Source: Acidimicrobiia bacterium (GTDB lineage: Bacteria; Actinomycetota; Acidimicrobiia; Spongiisociales; UBA11373). From it: DNA of 64,000 nt. The translations under genes were made by a program, and so were the position numbers. The stretch covers positions 39,007-103,006 of the forward strand of contig JACRIT010000085.1 in NCBI GenBank assembly GCA_016215655.1, read 5' to 3'. The notes below the pieces were generated by a model. It searched no databases and was not told where the DNA came from. It worked only from the letters and a program-made list of their open reading frames with translations. Shown piece after piece: positions 49,953 to 58,607 of this stretch (its first letter is position 1; the number at the start of each line of letters is the position of its first letter).

Positions 49953-50243
49953 CCCGGGGCGGCGCGCGGACCTTCGGCCCTACACCACGCCGCCACGACG
50001 CCGCAGGGTGATGCCAAGCCGGTGGGAGGATCCGGGTGCAACCGGGCGCCGCCAACAACGGCCCCAGGGTCCGGGCGCACGAACGAGCCTCACACGGTGC
50101 GTCCACCGCGGGCGGGAACTCGCGATGCACTCGCTGCAGGATGCGCCGTTGAGGCACCGCCGGACCGTCTCGTGCGGGACCGCTGTCCCGGGAGCACCAG
50201 ACGGAGACGGACCTCCCTCCGGGGTTCCTCCTCCGGAACCAGC

Positions 50244-50271
50244 GGGGCGCCACTCTCCGGGGTGGCGCCCC
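50244..50271 (-). terminator. 10-bp GC stem hairpin 22 nt downstream of the M23 peptidase gene
   Basis: GGGGCGCCAC-tctccggg-GTGGCGCCCC. Confidence 0.4.
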
Positions 50272-50292
50272 GTCGCGTCACCGATCAGACGA

Positions 50293-51423
50293 TCAGGAGC
50301 ACGACACCAACGGCGTCAGATGGAGCACGGCGGCGAGGCGGGCGCGCGTGGCACGACCGACCACGCCGTCCATGAACAGGCCGTTGGCATTCTGGAAGGC
50401 GCGCACGGCTGCCGTGGTCTTCGAACCGAAGATCCCGTCCGCCGCCCCGACATCGAGGCCCACCGCCTTGAGCAAGCCCTGGAGTTCGGCGACATCGCCA
50501 CCGAGCGAGCCCTGGCGCAGCGAGCGTCCGTCGGGATCGAGCACCGATGCCCGGGAGGCGAGCGCCACGAGCTCGGCGACTTCGGCCCGGGTCATGCTCC
50601 CCACGACCCCATCGGAGGCAAGGCTCACCTCGGTCTGGAATCCGCGCACCGCACCGAGAGTCCGCGATCCGAAGATGCCATCGATCGGACCGGGGGCATG
50701 GCGGAAGGCGGCGAGGAACTCCTGCAACTGGCGCACCGCATCGCCGGCCGCGCCCACCTTGATGAGCCCGGAAGTGGAGAGCAGGGTGGTGACATCGCCG
50801 ACCCGGGTGATCCCGCAGTGTGCCCTGCCTTCGGCGGCAAGGAGCGCATCGTGGGGATTCACCAGGACACCTTCGGGGTCGTATAGCTCGAAGTGAAGAT
50901 GGGGTCCCGTGTTCTCGGCGCTGCCGCTGTCTCCCACCCAACCGATGAGATCCCCGGCAGCGACGTGGGTGCCGAGAGCGATCTCGGGTGCGATCCCCCA
51001 GGCGAGGCCGTCGTCGGTGCCGGGAGTGTCGTTGTTGAGGTGGATGTACCACGATTCCCACCCATCGTCGTGGGTGATGACCACCGTGCAGCAGCGTTCG
51101 GGATTGAGGTCGTTGGGATCCTGGCTCCAGTTGATCCAGGTCACGGTTCCCGCAGCCGCGGCCACCACGGGGGTCAGCTTCGCCGCCATGAGATCCTGGG
51201 CGTGGTGCTCACCAACGCCACGCGCCGCCCAGAACCAGTCCTCGTACCAGTACGAACCGACGACGGGAAAGGCGAGCGGGTAGTCGACCATGTCGCCGTA
51301 GGCGTGCGCCGACCCATCGAACGGGGCCTCGTGATTGGCGCTCGCCGGCGCCGCCATGCCGACGACCAACCCGAGCACGACGGCGGTGATGGTCGTCCGT
51401 CCGGAGACGCGGTTCGGTGGCAC
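50293..51423 (-). CDS. secreted M23-family peptidase with three peptidoglycan-binding (PG_binding_1) repeats
   Basis: Signal peptide; HAQDLMAA...GDSGSAENTGPHLHFE (M23 HxxxD / HxH); 3x ~60-aa repeats with GxxGxxVxxLQ and DGIFGSxT. Confidence 0.8.
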   Translation of the reverse strand: MPPNRVSGRTTITAVVLGLVVGMAAPASANHEAPFDGSAHAYGDMVDYPLAFPVVGSYWYEDWFWAARGVGEHHAQDLMAAKLTPVVAAAAGTVTWINWSQDPNDLNPERCCTVVITHDDGWESWYIHLNNDTPGTDDGLAWGIAPEIALGTHVAAGDLIGWVGDSGSAENTGPHLHFELYDPEGVLVNPHDALLAAEGRAHCGITRVGDVTTLLSTSGLIKVGAAGDAVRQLQEFLAAFRHAPGPIDGIFGSRTLGAVRGFQTEVSLASDGVVGSMTRAEVAELVALASRASVLDPDGRSLRQGSLGGDVAELQGLLKAVGLDVGAADGIFGSKTTAAVRAFQNANGLFMDGVVGRATRARLAAVLHLTPLVSCS

Positions 51424-51564
51424 GGCAGCAACTCCTCACAAGGACATTGGGCTTCCTCCTTCTTCCATCGGCGCGCTTTGGCCGCACCTGAGCCCTGATC
51501 GGGACCCTTCGACGGATGGCGGGGAGCCGTTCTCCCCTGGTGCGGGCTGCCGACCGGAGGCGCG

Positions 51565-51984
51565 ATGGCCGGGAACCGAGGAGGACGCGTGAAGCGAAGG
51601 GTGCCGGTCGCGATGATCCTGGTTGCGATGGGCATGGTGGCGTGCTCGTCGCCCACCGCGGTGATCGTGTCGATCGAGGCCGCCGCAGCCGCGGACCTGC
51701 TCGGGGAGGATCCCGACGCCGTGGTACTCGACATCCGGACTCCGCAGGAGTACGCCGAGTCGCGTATCGCCGGATCGATGAACATCGACTTCTATGCCGA
51801 CGACTTCTCGACACGGCTCGACGCCCTCGATCGCGACGTCACCTACGTGATCTACTGCCGCTCGGGCAACCGAACGACCGCGGCGCTGGACGTCTTCCGC
51901 GACCTCGGCTTCACCTCGGTGTACGCCGTCGAAGGTGGGATTCAGGCCTGGGAGGCCACGGGATTGGCGGTGGAGCGGGGCTAG
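51565..51984 (+). CDS. rhodanese-like domain (lipo)protein
   Basis: Active-site loop YCRSGNRT; N-terminal signal with LVAMGMVAC|SS. Confidence 0.8.
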   Translation: MAGNRGGRVKRRVPVAMILVAMGMVACSSPTAVIVSIEAAAAADLLGEDPDAVVLDIRTPQEYAESRIAGSMNIDFYADDFSTRLDALDRDVTYVIYCRSGNRTTAALDVFRDLGFTSVYAVEGGIQAWEATGLAVERG

Positions 51985-52121
51985 GACCGGTTTCTGCTGG
52001 GGTCGATCCACGGTCGAGTCGTGCTTCCCGGGAACCCGAAGGGTTCCCGACAAACTCGCAAGCCGCCGCGGATCGCCAGGCGAATCCGAAGGATTCGCCG
52101 AAGCCGCCCGAAGGGCGGCCG

Positions 52122-52193
52122 TGGGCGCTACTGGGATTGAACCAGTGACCTCTTCCGTGTCAGGGAAGCGCTCTCCCGCTGAGCTAAGCGCCC
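52122..52193 (-). tRNA. tRNA-Val (anticodon GAC)
   Basis: Revcomp GGGCGCTTAGCTCAGCGGGAGAGCGCTTCCCTGACACGGAAGAGGTCACTGGTTCAATCCCAGTAGCGCCCA; identical to the CAC copy outside the anticodon arm. Confidence 0.9.
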
Positions 52194-52220
52194 GCAGGCC
52201 AGGCCCCGTGGCCTGCCCCG

Positions 52221-52292
52221 AGGCGGCGCCCGGAATTGAACCGGGGTAAAGGGTTTTGCAGACCCTTGCCTGAACCACTCGGCCACGCCGCC
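52221..52292 (-). tRNA. tRNA-Cys (anticodon GCA)
   Basis: Revcomp GGCGGCGTGGCCGAGTGGTTCAGGCAAGGGTCTGCAAAACCCTTTACCCCGGTTCAATTCCGGGCGCCGCCT. Confidence 0.85.
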
Positions 52293-52323
52293 AGGTGTGC
52301 AGGAGGCCGGTGCATCCCGCCCC

Positions 52324-52399
52324 TGGAGCGGACGACCGGTCTCGAACCGGCGGCCTTCACCTTGGCAAGGTGACGCTCTACCAACTGAGCTACGTCCGC
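52324..52399 (-). tRNA. tRNA-Gly (anticodon GCC), CCA encoded
   Basis: Revcomp GCGGACGTAGCTCAGTTGGTAGAGCGTCACCTTGCCAAGGTGAAGGCCGCCGGTTCGAGACCGGTCGTCCGCTCCA. Confidence 0.9.
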
Positions 52400-52432
52400 G
52401 AGGACCGGCAGTATACGCTGCGGCTCCCCGGC

Positions 52433-52861
52433 TCAGGAACCGGTGGATCCGAATCCGGCGGGGCCCCGATCCGACTCCTCGAGCGCCTCCACCACCTCGA
52501 AGTCGACACTCACCACCGGTACGACGACGAGCTGGGCGATGCGGTCCCCGCGTTCGATGGATACCGGCTCCGCGCCGAGATTGACCAGGATGATGGCGAG
52601 TTCACCCCGATAGCCGCTGTCCACGATCCCGGGGGCATTGACGATGGCGATCCCCGACCGCAGCGCCAGACCGGAGCGGGGGGCCACGAGACCCACGTAG
52701 CCTTCGGGGATGGCCACCGCCATACCGGTGGGGACGAGCCGGCGCTCCCCCGGTGCCAGCACCACCGCCTCGCGGGCGGGGAGATCGACTCCGGCATCGC
52801 CGGGGCGGGCATGCTTCGGCACGGGGAGATCGGGGTCGAGGCGCTGCAAGGGGATTCGCAT
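52433..52861 (-). CDS. dut: dUTP diphosphatase
   Basis: MRIPLQRLDP...GDAGVDL...RSGLALRSGIAIVNAPGIVDSGYRGE...; five dUTPase motifs; 142 aa. Confidence 0.9.
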   Translation of the reverse strand: MRIPLQRLDPDLPVPKHARPGDAGVDLPAREAVVLAPGERRLVPTGMAVAIPEGYVGLVAPRSGLALRSGIAIVNAPGIVDSGYRGELAIILVNLGAEPVSIERGDRIAQLVVVPVVSVDFEVVEALEESDRGPAGFGSTGS

Positions 52862-52964
52862 TCGGTCGATTATCGCCTTCCGCCGAGGAGGCGGCACCGG
52901 AAGGGGAAATGGCGGACAAACCGCCGCCGCTTGAGCAATATCACTTCCGGGTCGATGATGACCC

Positions 52965-53918
52965 ATGGAGGCCATGCCGATACACCCCCGCGAGCGCGAG
53001 GCCAACAAGCGCACCATCCTCGGGATGCTGGAGACGACTCCGGCCACGGTGGCGCGCCACATGGAGCCGGCGCAGCCGGCAGAACCGCTCTCCGACATCG
53101 ACTTCGACTGGCATCCCCAACCCCTCAGCCGGGCGATGGGGACCCGCCGGTCGTTCCGCTGGTCGGTCCTCGTCGCCGCGGCCGTCCTCGGCGGCCTGGC
53201 CCTGGTGGCGGTCCAGGTGCTCGTCACCGTCCCGCAGAAACGCGCCGATGCCCGACGCATCGAGTATCACGCCGCCCTCGATGCCTACGAGCCGGCCCTG
53301 ATCGCCTATGCCGCCGCGCCCGTTCCCAGCGACCCCGTTGCCCTCGCCGCCTTCTCCAGTGCCACCACCGCCTTCGCCGAGGTGGCGCGGGCCGACCTGC
53401 CGACGGTGATCCCGCTGCTTCCCATCGGGCCGATCGAGGAGCTGCGACCCGCCCGCAGCGAGATGTTGGCCATGGTCGACACCGCAGAGGCGATCCTCGC
53501 CGACCTCGCCTCGGCCACGGCCTACCGGGAGGCCGCCGCCGACATCCTGGCGTTTCCCTTCCTCCCCACCCAGGCCCCGGAGGAGCTCATCGATCCGGCG
53601 GCTCGCGCCATCGCCAAGATGCAGACCGACTCCGAGATCGCCTACGAGGCGCTCGACGACGACCCCCTGTTCGCCGCCTACCGGTCCCGGGTCGCCGAGG
53701 CGATCGACGCCCTCCCCGAGTGGGCCGACCGCTACCTGCTGTCGCTCCGCCGCGGTGAGGTGGAGGCGACGACGGCATTGGTGGCGGAGTTCCAGGCGCG
53801 GACCGCACTCGCCAATGCCGAGCTGGAAGCCGCGGTCGCCGACGTGGATGCGGCCGCGGCGGCACTCATCCCAGATCTGCTTGCCGGCCTCGAAGAGGCT
53901 CGGATCAAACTCGGCTGA
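52965..53918 (+). CDS. hypothetical single-pass membrane protein (Ala/Glu-rich)
   Basis: TM helix SVLVAAAVLGGLALVAVQVLV; 317 aa; divergent from dut, as with DUF-type membrane proteins near dut in actinobacteria. Confidence 0.5.
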   Translation: MEAMPIHPREREANKRTILGMLETTPATVARHMEPAQPAEPLSDIDFDWHPQPLSRAMGTRRSFRWSVLVAAAVLGGLALVAVQVLVTVPQKRADARRIEYHAALDAYEPALIAYAAAPVPSDPVALAAFSSATTAFAEVARADLPTVIPLLPIGPIEELRPARSEMLAMVDTAEAILADLASATAYREAAADILAFPFLPTQAPEELIDPAARAIAKMQTDSEIAYEALDDDPLFAAYRSRVAEAIDALPEWADRYLLSLRRGEVEATTALVAEFQARTALANAELEAAVADVDAAAAALIPDLLAGLEEARIKLG

Positions 53919-53922
53919 CGGC

Positions 53923-54375
53923 TCAGTCCCGGGGTTCCTCGAGAGACTGCATCTCACGGGAGAAGTCGCTCGCCCCGGCGAAGTCCTTGTAGACCGAGGC
54001 GAATCGCAGGTAGGCGACCTCGTCCATCGACCGCAACTCGACGAGCACCTGTCGGCCGATCTCCACCGACGTGATCTCGGGCCCGTGCTCCTCGACGAAG
54101 GCCTCGATCCGGGCCACGGCCGTGTCGAGGGCGTCGGAGTCGGTGCCCCCGTCGGCGAGAGCCCGCTCCATCCCGGCCCGCACCTTCGCCGGGTCGAAGG
54201 CCTCGAGGCGGCCATCACGCTTCCGCACCATGAGCGCCGGTTCGCGCCGTTCATAGGTCGTGAAGCGCTGCTCGCAGGTCTCGCACGACCGGCGCCTGCG
54301 GATGGCACCACCGCCCTCGACGGGGCGGCTGTCGACCACCCTGGTGTCGTCTGCGCCGCAGTAGGGGCATCGCAT
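53923..54375 (-). CDS. nrdR: transcriptional repressor NrdR
   Basis: MRCPYCGADDTRVVDSRP...CETCEQRFTTYER zinc ribbon plus ATP-cone; 150 aa. Confidence 0.9.
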   Translation of the reverse strand: MRCPYCGADDTRVVDSRPVEGGGAIRRRRSCETCEQRFTTYERREPALMVRKRDGRLEAFDPAKVRAGMERALADGGTDSDALDTAVARIEAFVEEHGPEITSVEIGRQVLVELRSMDEVAYLRFASVYKDFAGASDFSREMQSLEEPRD

Positions 54376-54452
54376 ACCCGGCCAGGGTACCGGCACCGGC
54401 TCTCCCCGATTCGCGGGTTCGCCGATGGACCCGCCGGCATCGGTTGGACGGG

Positions 54453-54752
54453 TCACCCAACCGGAATGTGGAGCACCTGGCCGGGGACGATCACGCTCGT
54501 CGCCAGCCCGTTGTGGTGCTTGATGTCCTCGACGAGGACGCGGACATCGTCGCCGGGGGCGACATGGGCGGCGGCGATGTCCCACAGGGTGTCGCCCGAG
54601 CGAACCGTGTGATCGACGAAGGCGATCGCCGTTGGCCCCGCAGGATCGTCCGCCTCGGCGACCACGGCGCCCGCCAACAGGATGGCCAACGCCATGACGA
54701 TCGAGGTGAGGAGAACCACGACCCGGGTTCGGGTGCTGGCGGGCATCGTCAT
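54453..54752 (-). CDS. LysM-domain membrane protein (SOS-regulated ChiZ/Rv2719c-like)
   Basis: TM helix plus LysM (HTVRSGDTLWDIAAAHV...GQVLHIP); divergent from lexA with SOS boxes between them. Confidence 0.75.
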   Translation of the reverse strand: MTMPASTRTRVVVLLTSIVMALAILLAGAVVAEADDPAGPTAIAFVDHTVRSGDTLWDIAAAHVAPGDDVRVLVEDIKHHNGLATSVIVPGQVLHIPVG

Positions 54753-54828
54753 GGCGTTGGCTCCTGTCTGCCAGTGAGGGTCGCTGCCCGGCCCTCACAC
54801 CTCCCACAACGTACGGTCAGGGTATGAC

Positions 54829-54900
54829 ACGAACGCGTGTTCGCTGCAGGAGACCACTGTACCGAACGCGTGTTCGGTCGTCAAGGTCGAACATATGTTT
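54829..54900. promoter_or_regulatory. three LexA (SOS) boxes in the lexA / LysM-gene divergent region
   Basis: aCGAACgcgtGTTCGc (54829-54844), cCGAACgcgtGTTCGg (54862-54877), TCGAACatatGTTTGc (54887-54902); actinobacterial SOS consensus TCGAAC-N4-GTTCGA. Confidence 0.75.
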
Positions 54901-54954
54901 GCCCGAGAGCGCGAAAAGCGGTACCGTGGCCCCCACCACGACCACCAGGGAGAC

Positions 54955-55582
54955 GATGATGGCCCCGAGCGACATCAGCGAACGCCAACGGGAGATCCTC
55001 GAGCTCATCCTCGAAACCGTCCGCCGGCGGGGGTACCCGCCTTCGGTACGGGAGATCGGCGAGGCCGTCGGGCTCAGCTCTCCGTCCACCGTGCACAGCC
55101 ACCTCTCCGCCCTCGTCGAGGCCGGCCTGCTGCGCCGTGATCCCTCCAAGCCGCGCGCCATCGAGGTCATCGAAGAGGAGCCCGATCTGCGCCGGGCGCC
55201 GGTGCGCGACGTCCCACTGGTGGGGCGCATCGCCGCGGGGACCCCGATCCTCGCCGAAGAGGACATCGAGGAGATCTTCCCGCTGCCCACCGAGATCGTG
55301 GGCAACGATCCGGTGTTCATGGTGCGGGTCCACGGCGACTCGATGATCCTCGCCGGGATCTTCGACGGCGACCTGGTCGTGATCCGCCGCCAGCCCGATG
55401 CCCGCGACGGGGAGTTGGTGGCCGCCCTCATCGACGGCGAGGAGGCGACGGTGAAGCGCCTGCGCCGTGAGCCCGGGCGGGTGGTACTGCTCCCGGAGAA
55501 CCCCGACTACGAACCGATCGTGCTCACGGGTGGTGTCGAGATCATCGGCAAGGTGGTTGCCGTGATCCGCACCGTGCGCTGA
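54955..55582 (+). CDS. lexA: LexA repressor
   Basis: Winged HTH, cleavage site AAG (IAAGTPI), S24 peptidase Ser/Lys (GDSM ... VVAVIRTVR). Confidence 0.9.
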
Positions 55583-56326
55583 TCAGATCGCTCCGGCATA
55601 GACGACCCGCGCCGGGCCCTCGATCCACGCCACCCCCTCCAGGATCTCGACCTCGAGGTCGCCCCCGGGCAACCGCACCGTGACCGACGGATCGGTGAGC
55701 CCCCCCGCATGCGCCGCGGCGACCGCGGCGGCGGCACCGGTGCCACAGGCGAGCGTTTCGCCGACGCCACGCTCCCAGACGCGCAGTGCCAGGTGCCTGG
55801 TGTCGACCACCGTCGCAAACCCGGCATTCGCCCGCCCGGGGAAAGCCGGATCCGTCTCGATGAGGGGACCCACCGCTGCCACCGGGACCGAGTAGCAGTC
55901 GGCGACGAACACCACCGCATGCGGATTCCCGACGTTCACCGCCACCGCCCGATATCCGGCGATCTCGACGGAACCGGGCGACACCACCACGGAACCCAGC
56001 TCGACGCGTACGGTGGCGTCCTTCACCTCGACGCGACGTGGTCCGATCGGTGTGTTCACCACGAAGGTGTCCGTCGCCGCCATGCCGCGCAAGCGGGCAT
56101 ACCGTGCCACACACCGCAGGCCGTTGCCACACATCTCCGCCGCCGAGCCGTCGGCATTCCAGTACCCCATCGTGACGGGCTCGCCGGCGCCGACCACGAG
56201 GACACCATCGGCGCCGATGCCGCGGCGTCGATCGCACCACTCGGCGACCTGCTCGGCAGTGGGGCTCATGGGCCCGGTGACGACCACGAAGTCGTTGCCG
56301 AGTCCCTCCATCTTCACGAAGTCCAT
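55583..56326 (-). CDS. dapF: diaminopimelate epimerase
   Basis: MDFVKMEGLGNDFVVV; catalytic Cys motifs (MCGNGLRC, ACGTGAAA). Confidence 0.9.
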   Translation of the reverse strand: MDFVKMEGLGNDFVVVTGPMSPTAEQVAEWCDRRRGIGADGVLVVGAGEPVTMGYWNADGSAAEMCGNGLRCVARYARLRGMAATDTFVVNTPIGPRRVEVKDATVRVELGSVVVSPGSVEIAGYRAVAVNVGNPHAVVFVADCYSVPVAAVGPLIETDPAFPGRANAGFATVVDTRHLALRVWERGVGETLACGTGAAAAVAAAHAGGLTDPSVTVRLPGGDLEVEILEGVAWIEGPARVVYAGAI

Positions 56327-57237
56327 CCGGCCTCCTCGAGCAGCGCAGCCCCTTTGGCCACCAGCGCCGCCTCATCATCCCACTCGAGCCACCGCACTCG
56401 CGGATCGCGCCGATAGAAGGTGCGTTGCCGCCGAGCGAGGGCGAGGGTCGCCTCGATGGCAGTGCGTGTCGCCCGGTCCAGCGTCCACTCCCCTCGCACC
56501 ACCTTGAGCAGTTCGCGGTAACCCACCCCCTGGGAAGCGGTCACCCCGAGCCGGGGCGCGAGCGACTCCACCTCGGCCTGCAAGCCGGCCGCAAGCATCG
56601 CGGCGAACCGCTGTCGGATGCGTTCACCGAGCGCCGGGCCCGGATCGACACCGATGCCCACCACGGGCCACAACCCGCGATACGAGCGGATCGCCTCGGC
56701 CTCGGGGGTTGCCGCTCGAGCGCTCGGCGTCGCCCCGGTGGTGCGAAACACTTCGAGCGCCCGCACCACGCGCCTCGGATTGGCCAGGTCCACCAGGGAC
56801 GCCACCTCAGCATCTGCGGCGAGGAGGTGCCCGACGGCCTCGGACGGCGTCAGCGCCTCGATCTCCGCTCGGACCGCCGGATCCGAGGGTGGGAAGTCGA
56901 GTGGGTCCACCAGCGCCCGGAAATGCAGGCCGCTGCCTCCGACGATGAGGATCCGTTCCCCTGCCGCCCGCGCCGCGGCGATCACCGTTCGCCCGGCGCG
57001 CTGGAACTCGGCGACGGAGAAGGCGTCGGCGGGATCGGCGATGTCGACGAGGTGGTGCGGGACGGTCGCCCGCTCCTCGACCGAGGGCTTGGCGGTCCCG
57101 ACATCCATGCCCCGGTATACCTGCATGCTGTCCACCGACACGATGTGCGCCCCGAACCGACGGGCGAGGGACATCGCGATCGCGCTCTTCCCGGCTGCGG
57201 TGGGGCCGAGGACCGCCGCGATCGTGGTCAGACCGGC
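56314..57237 (-). CDS. miaA: tRNA dimethylallyltransferase
   Basis: P-loop GPTAAGKSAIA, DSMQVYRGMDVGTAKP; start ambiguous, with no ATG/GTG near the conserved N-terminus and a possible CTG overlapping the miaB stop. Confidence 0.8.
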   Translation of the reverse strand, partial: AGLTTIAAVLGPTAAGKSAIAMSLARRFGAHIVSVDSMQVYRGMDVGTAKPSVEERATVPHHLVDIADPADAFSVAEFQRAGRTVIAAARAAGERILIVGGSGLHFRALVDPLDFPPSDPAVRAEIEALTPSEAVGHLLAADAEVASLVDLANPRRVVRALEVFRTTGATPSARAATPEAEAIRSYRGLWPVVGIGVDPGPALGERIRQRFAAMLAAGLQAEVESLAPRLGVTASQGVGYRELLKVVRGEWTLDRATRTAIEATLALARRQRTFYRRDPRVRWLEWDDEAALVAKGAALLEEAGWTS

Positions 57238-58607
57238 GTCCCCATGAGGTGGCTCGGTGCGGCGCGATCGATGCGGGCATGGAGGAAGGCGCCCGACGGT
57301 TGGATCCCCGCCACGTGCACCACCTTGTTGGTGCGCGTGCGCGCCGTGATCATCGAGGCATCCTTGCGAGAGGCTCCCTCGCTGAGGACTTCGACGGTCG
57401 AGCCGATGAGCGCCACATTCTTCTCGAGCGAGATGCGCTGCTGCAGAGAGGTGAGGCGGGCAAAGCGCTCCGAGGCCACCCCGCGCTCGATCTGGCCCCC
57501 CATCGTCGCCGCCGCCGTGCCGGGCCGCGGCGAGTAGATGAACATGTACGCCCCGTCGAATCGGGCTTCTTCCACCACGTCGAGCGTCTGCTGGAAGTCG
57601 GACTCGGTCTCGCCGGGAAAGCCCACGATGATGTCCGTCGAGGTCGCCAACCCGGGGATGGTCGCCTCGGCGAGGCGGAGCTTCTCCAGGAACCGCTCCG
57701 GGGTGTAGCCGCGTTGCATGGCACGCAGGACCCTGGCGCTGCCGCTCTGCAGCGGGAGATGAAGCTGCTCGCACACCGCCGCGGTCTCGGCCATCGCCTC
57801 GAGGACGTCGATGCGGATGTCCTTGGGGTGGGGGCTGGTGAAGCGGATCCGCCGGATCCCCTCGACCTCCCCCACCCGCCGCAACAGGTCGGCGAAGATC
57901 GGCCGGCGGCTCCCCTCCAGGCCCAGGTCCCGGCCGTAGGAATTGACGTTCTGACCGAGCAGGGTCACCTCGCTCACCCCGTCGGCGGCCAGCGCCCGCA
58001 CCTCGCGCACGATGTCGGCCGGCCGCCGTGAGATCTCCTTGCCCCTCACCGTGGGGACGATGCAGAAGGTGCAGGCGTTGTTGCAGCCGATGGTGATGGT
58101 CACCCATGCCGAATGAGGCACCTCGCGGTGGCTGGGGAGCGACGAAGGGACATCGTCGATGGACGCCGTCTCCTCCCAGATCTCGGTGACCGGCCCCCAC
58201 TCCTCGGCATGGTCGAGCAGGGTGAGCACCCGGTGGAGGTTGTGGGTCCCGAAGACCACATCCACCCACGGCGCCTTGGCCATCACGAGGTCGCGGTCCT
58301 TCTGGGCCAGGCACCCTCCCACCAGGATGCGCAGATCCGGCCGCTCATCCTTGACCGCCTTGAGCTGCCCGAGGTTGCCGTAGAGACGATTGTCGGCGTT
58401 CTCCCGGATGCAGCAGGTGTTGATGAGCACCACGTCGGCATCGGCCACGTCGGCCGCCGGAACCATCCCATCCACCTCGAACAGCCCCGACATGCGCTCC
58501 GAGTCGTGCTCGTTCATCTGACAGCCGAAGGTCCGCACGAGATATCGCTTCCCGATTCGGGTCGGCGTCCGCCGCTCCCGCACCTCGGGGATCCCGAGGG
58601 TGGTCAT
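57228..58607 (-). CDS. miaB: tRNA-2-methylthio-N6-dimethylallyladenosine synthase
   Basis: UPF0004 domain, radical-SAM CxxxCxxC (CNNACTFC), TRAM domain; 459 aa. Confidence 0.9.
   Translation of the reverse strand: MTTLGIPEVRERRTPTRIGKRYLVRTFGCQMNEHDSERMSGLFEVDGMVPAADVADADVVLINTCCIRENADNRLYGNLGQLKAVKDERPDLRILVGGCLAQKDRDLVMAKAPWVDVVFGTHNLHRVLTLLDHAEEWGPVTEIWEETASIDDVPSSLPSHREVPHSAWVTITIGCNNACTFCIVPTVRGKEISRRPADIVREVRALAADGVSEVTLLGQNVNSYGRDLGLEGSRRPIFADLLRRVGEVEGIRRIRFTSPHPKDIRIDVLEAMAETAAVCEQLHLPLQSGSARVLRAMQRGYTPERFLEKLRLAEATIPGLATSTDIIVGFPGETESDFQQTLDVVEEARFDGAYMFIYSPRPGTAAATMGGQIERGVASERFARLTSLQQRISLEKNVALIGSTVEVLSEGASRKDASMITARTRTNKVVHVAGIQPSGAFLHARIDRAAPSHLMGTPV

Noticed and set aside
51424-51564. 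Possible cyclic-di-AMP (ydaO-type) riboswitch upstream of the M23 cell-wall peptidase
   Set aside because: I looked for the conserved ydaO core elements in the 140-nt leader and could not recognise them by eye. Only a generic GGGGAGAACGGCUCCCC hairpin is present. An Infernal scan would be needed.
42374-52121. Genomic island bounded by tRNA-Val attachment sites
   Set aside because: The tRNA copies are inverted rather than direct, there is no integrase, recombinase or transposase, and the cargo looks like ordinary chromosomal genes. I retained only the weaker invertible or duplicated-module observation.
51436-52278. 280-aa minus-strand ORF, and the similar plus-strand ORF 42139..42453
   Set aside because: Both read through tRNA genes (tRNA-Val/Cys and tRNA-Val respectively). 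The shared peptide SSAGER...TGSIPVAPTAA is simply the translated tRNA-Val sequence.
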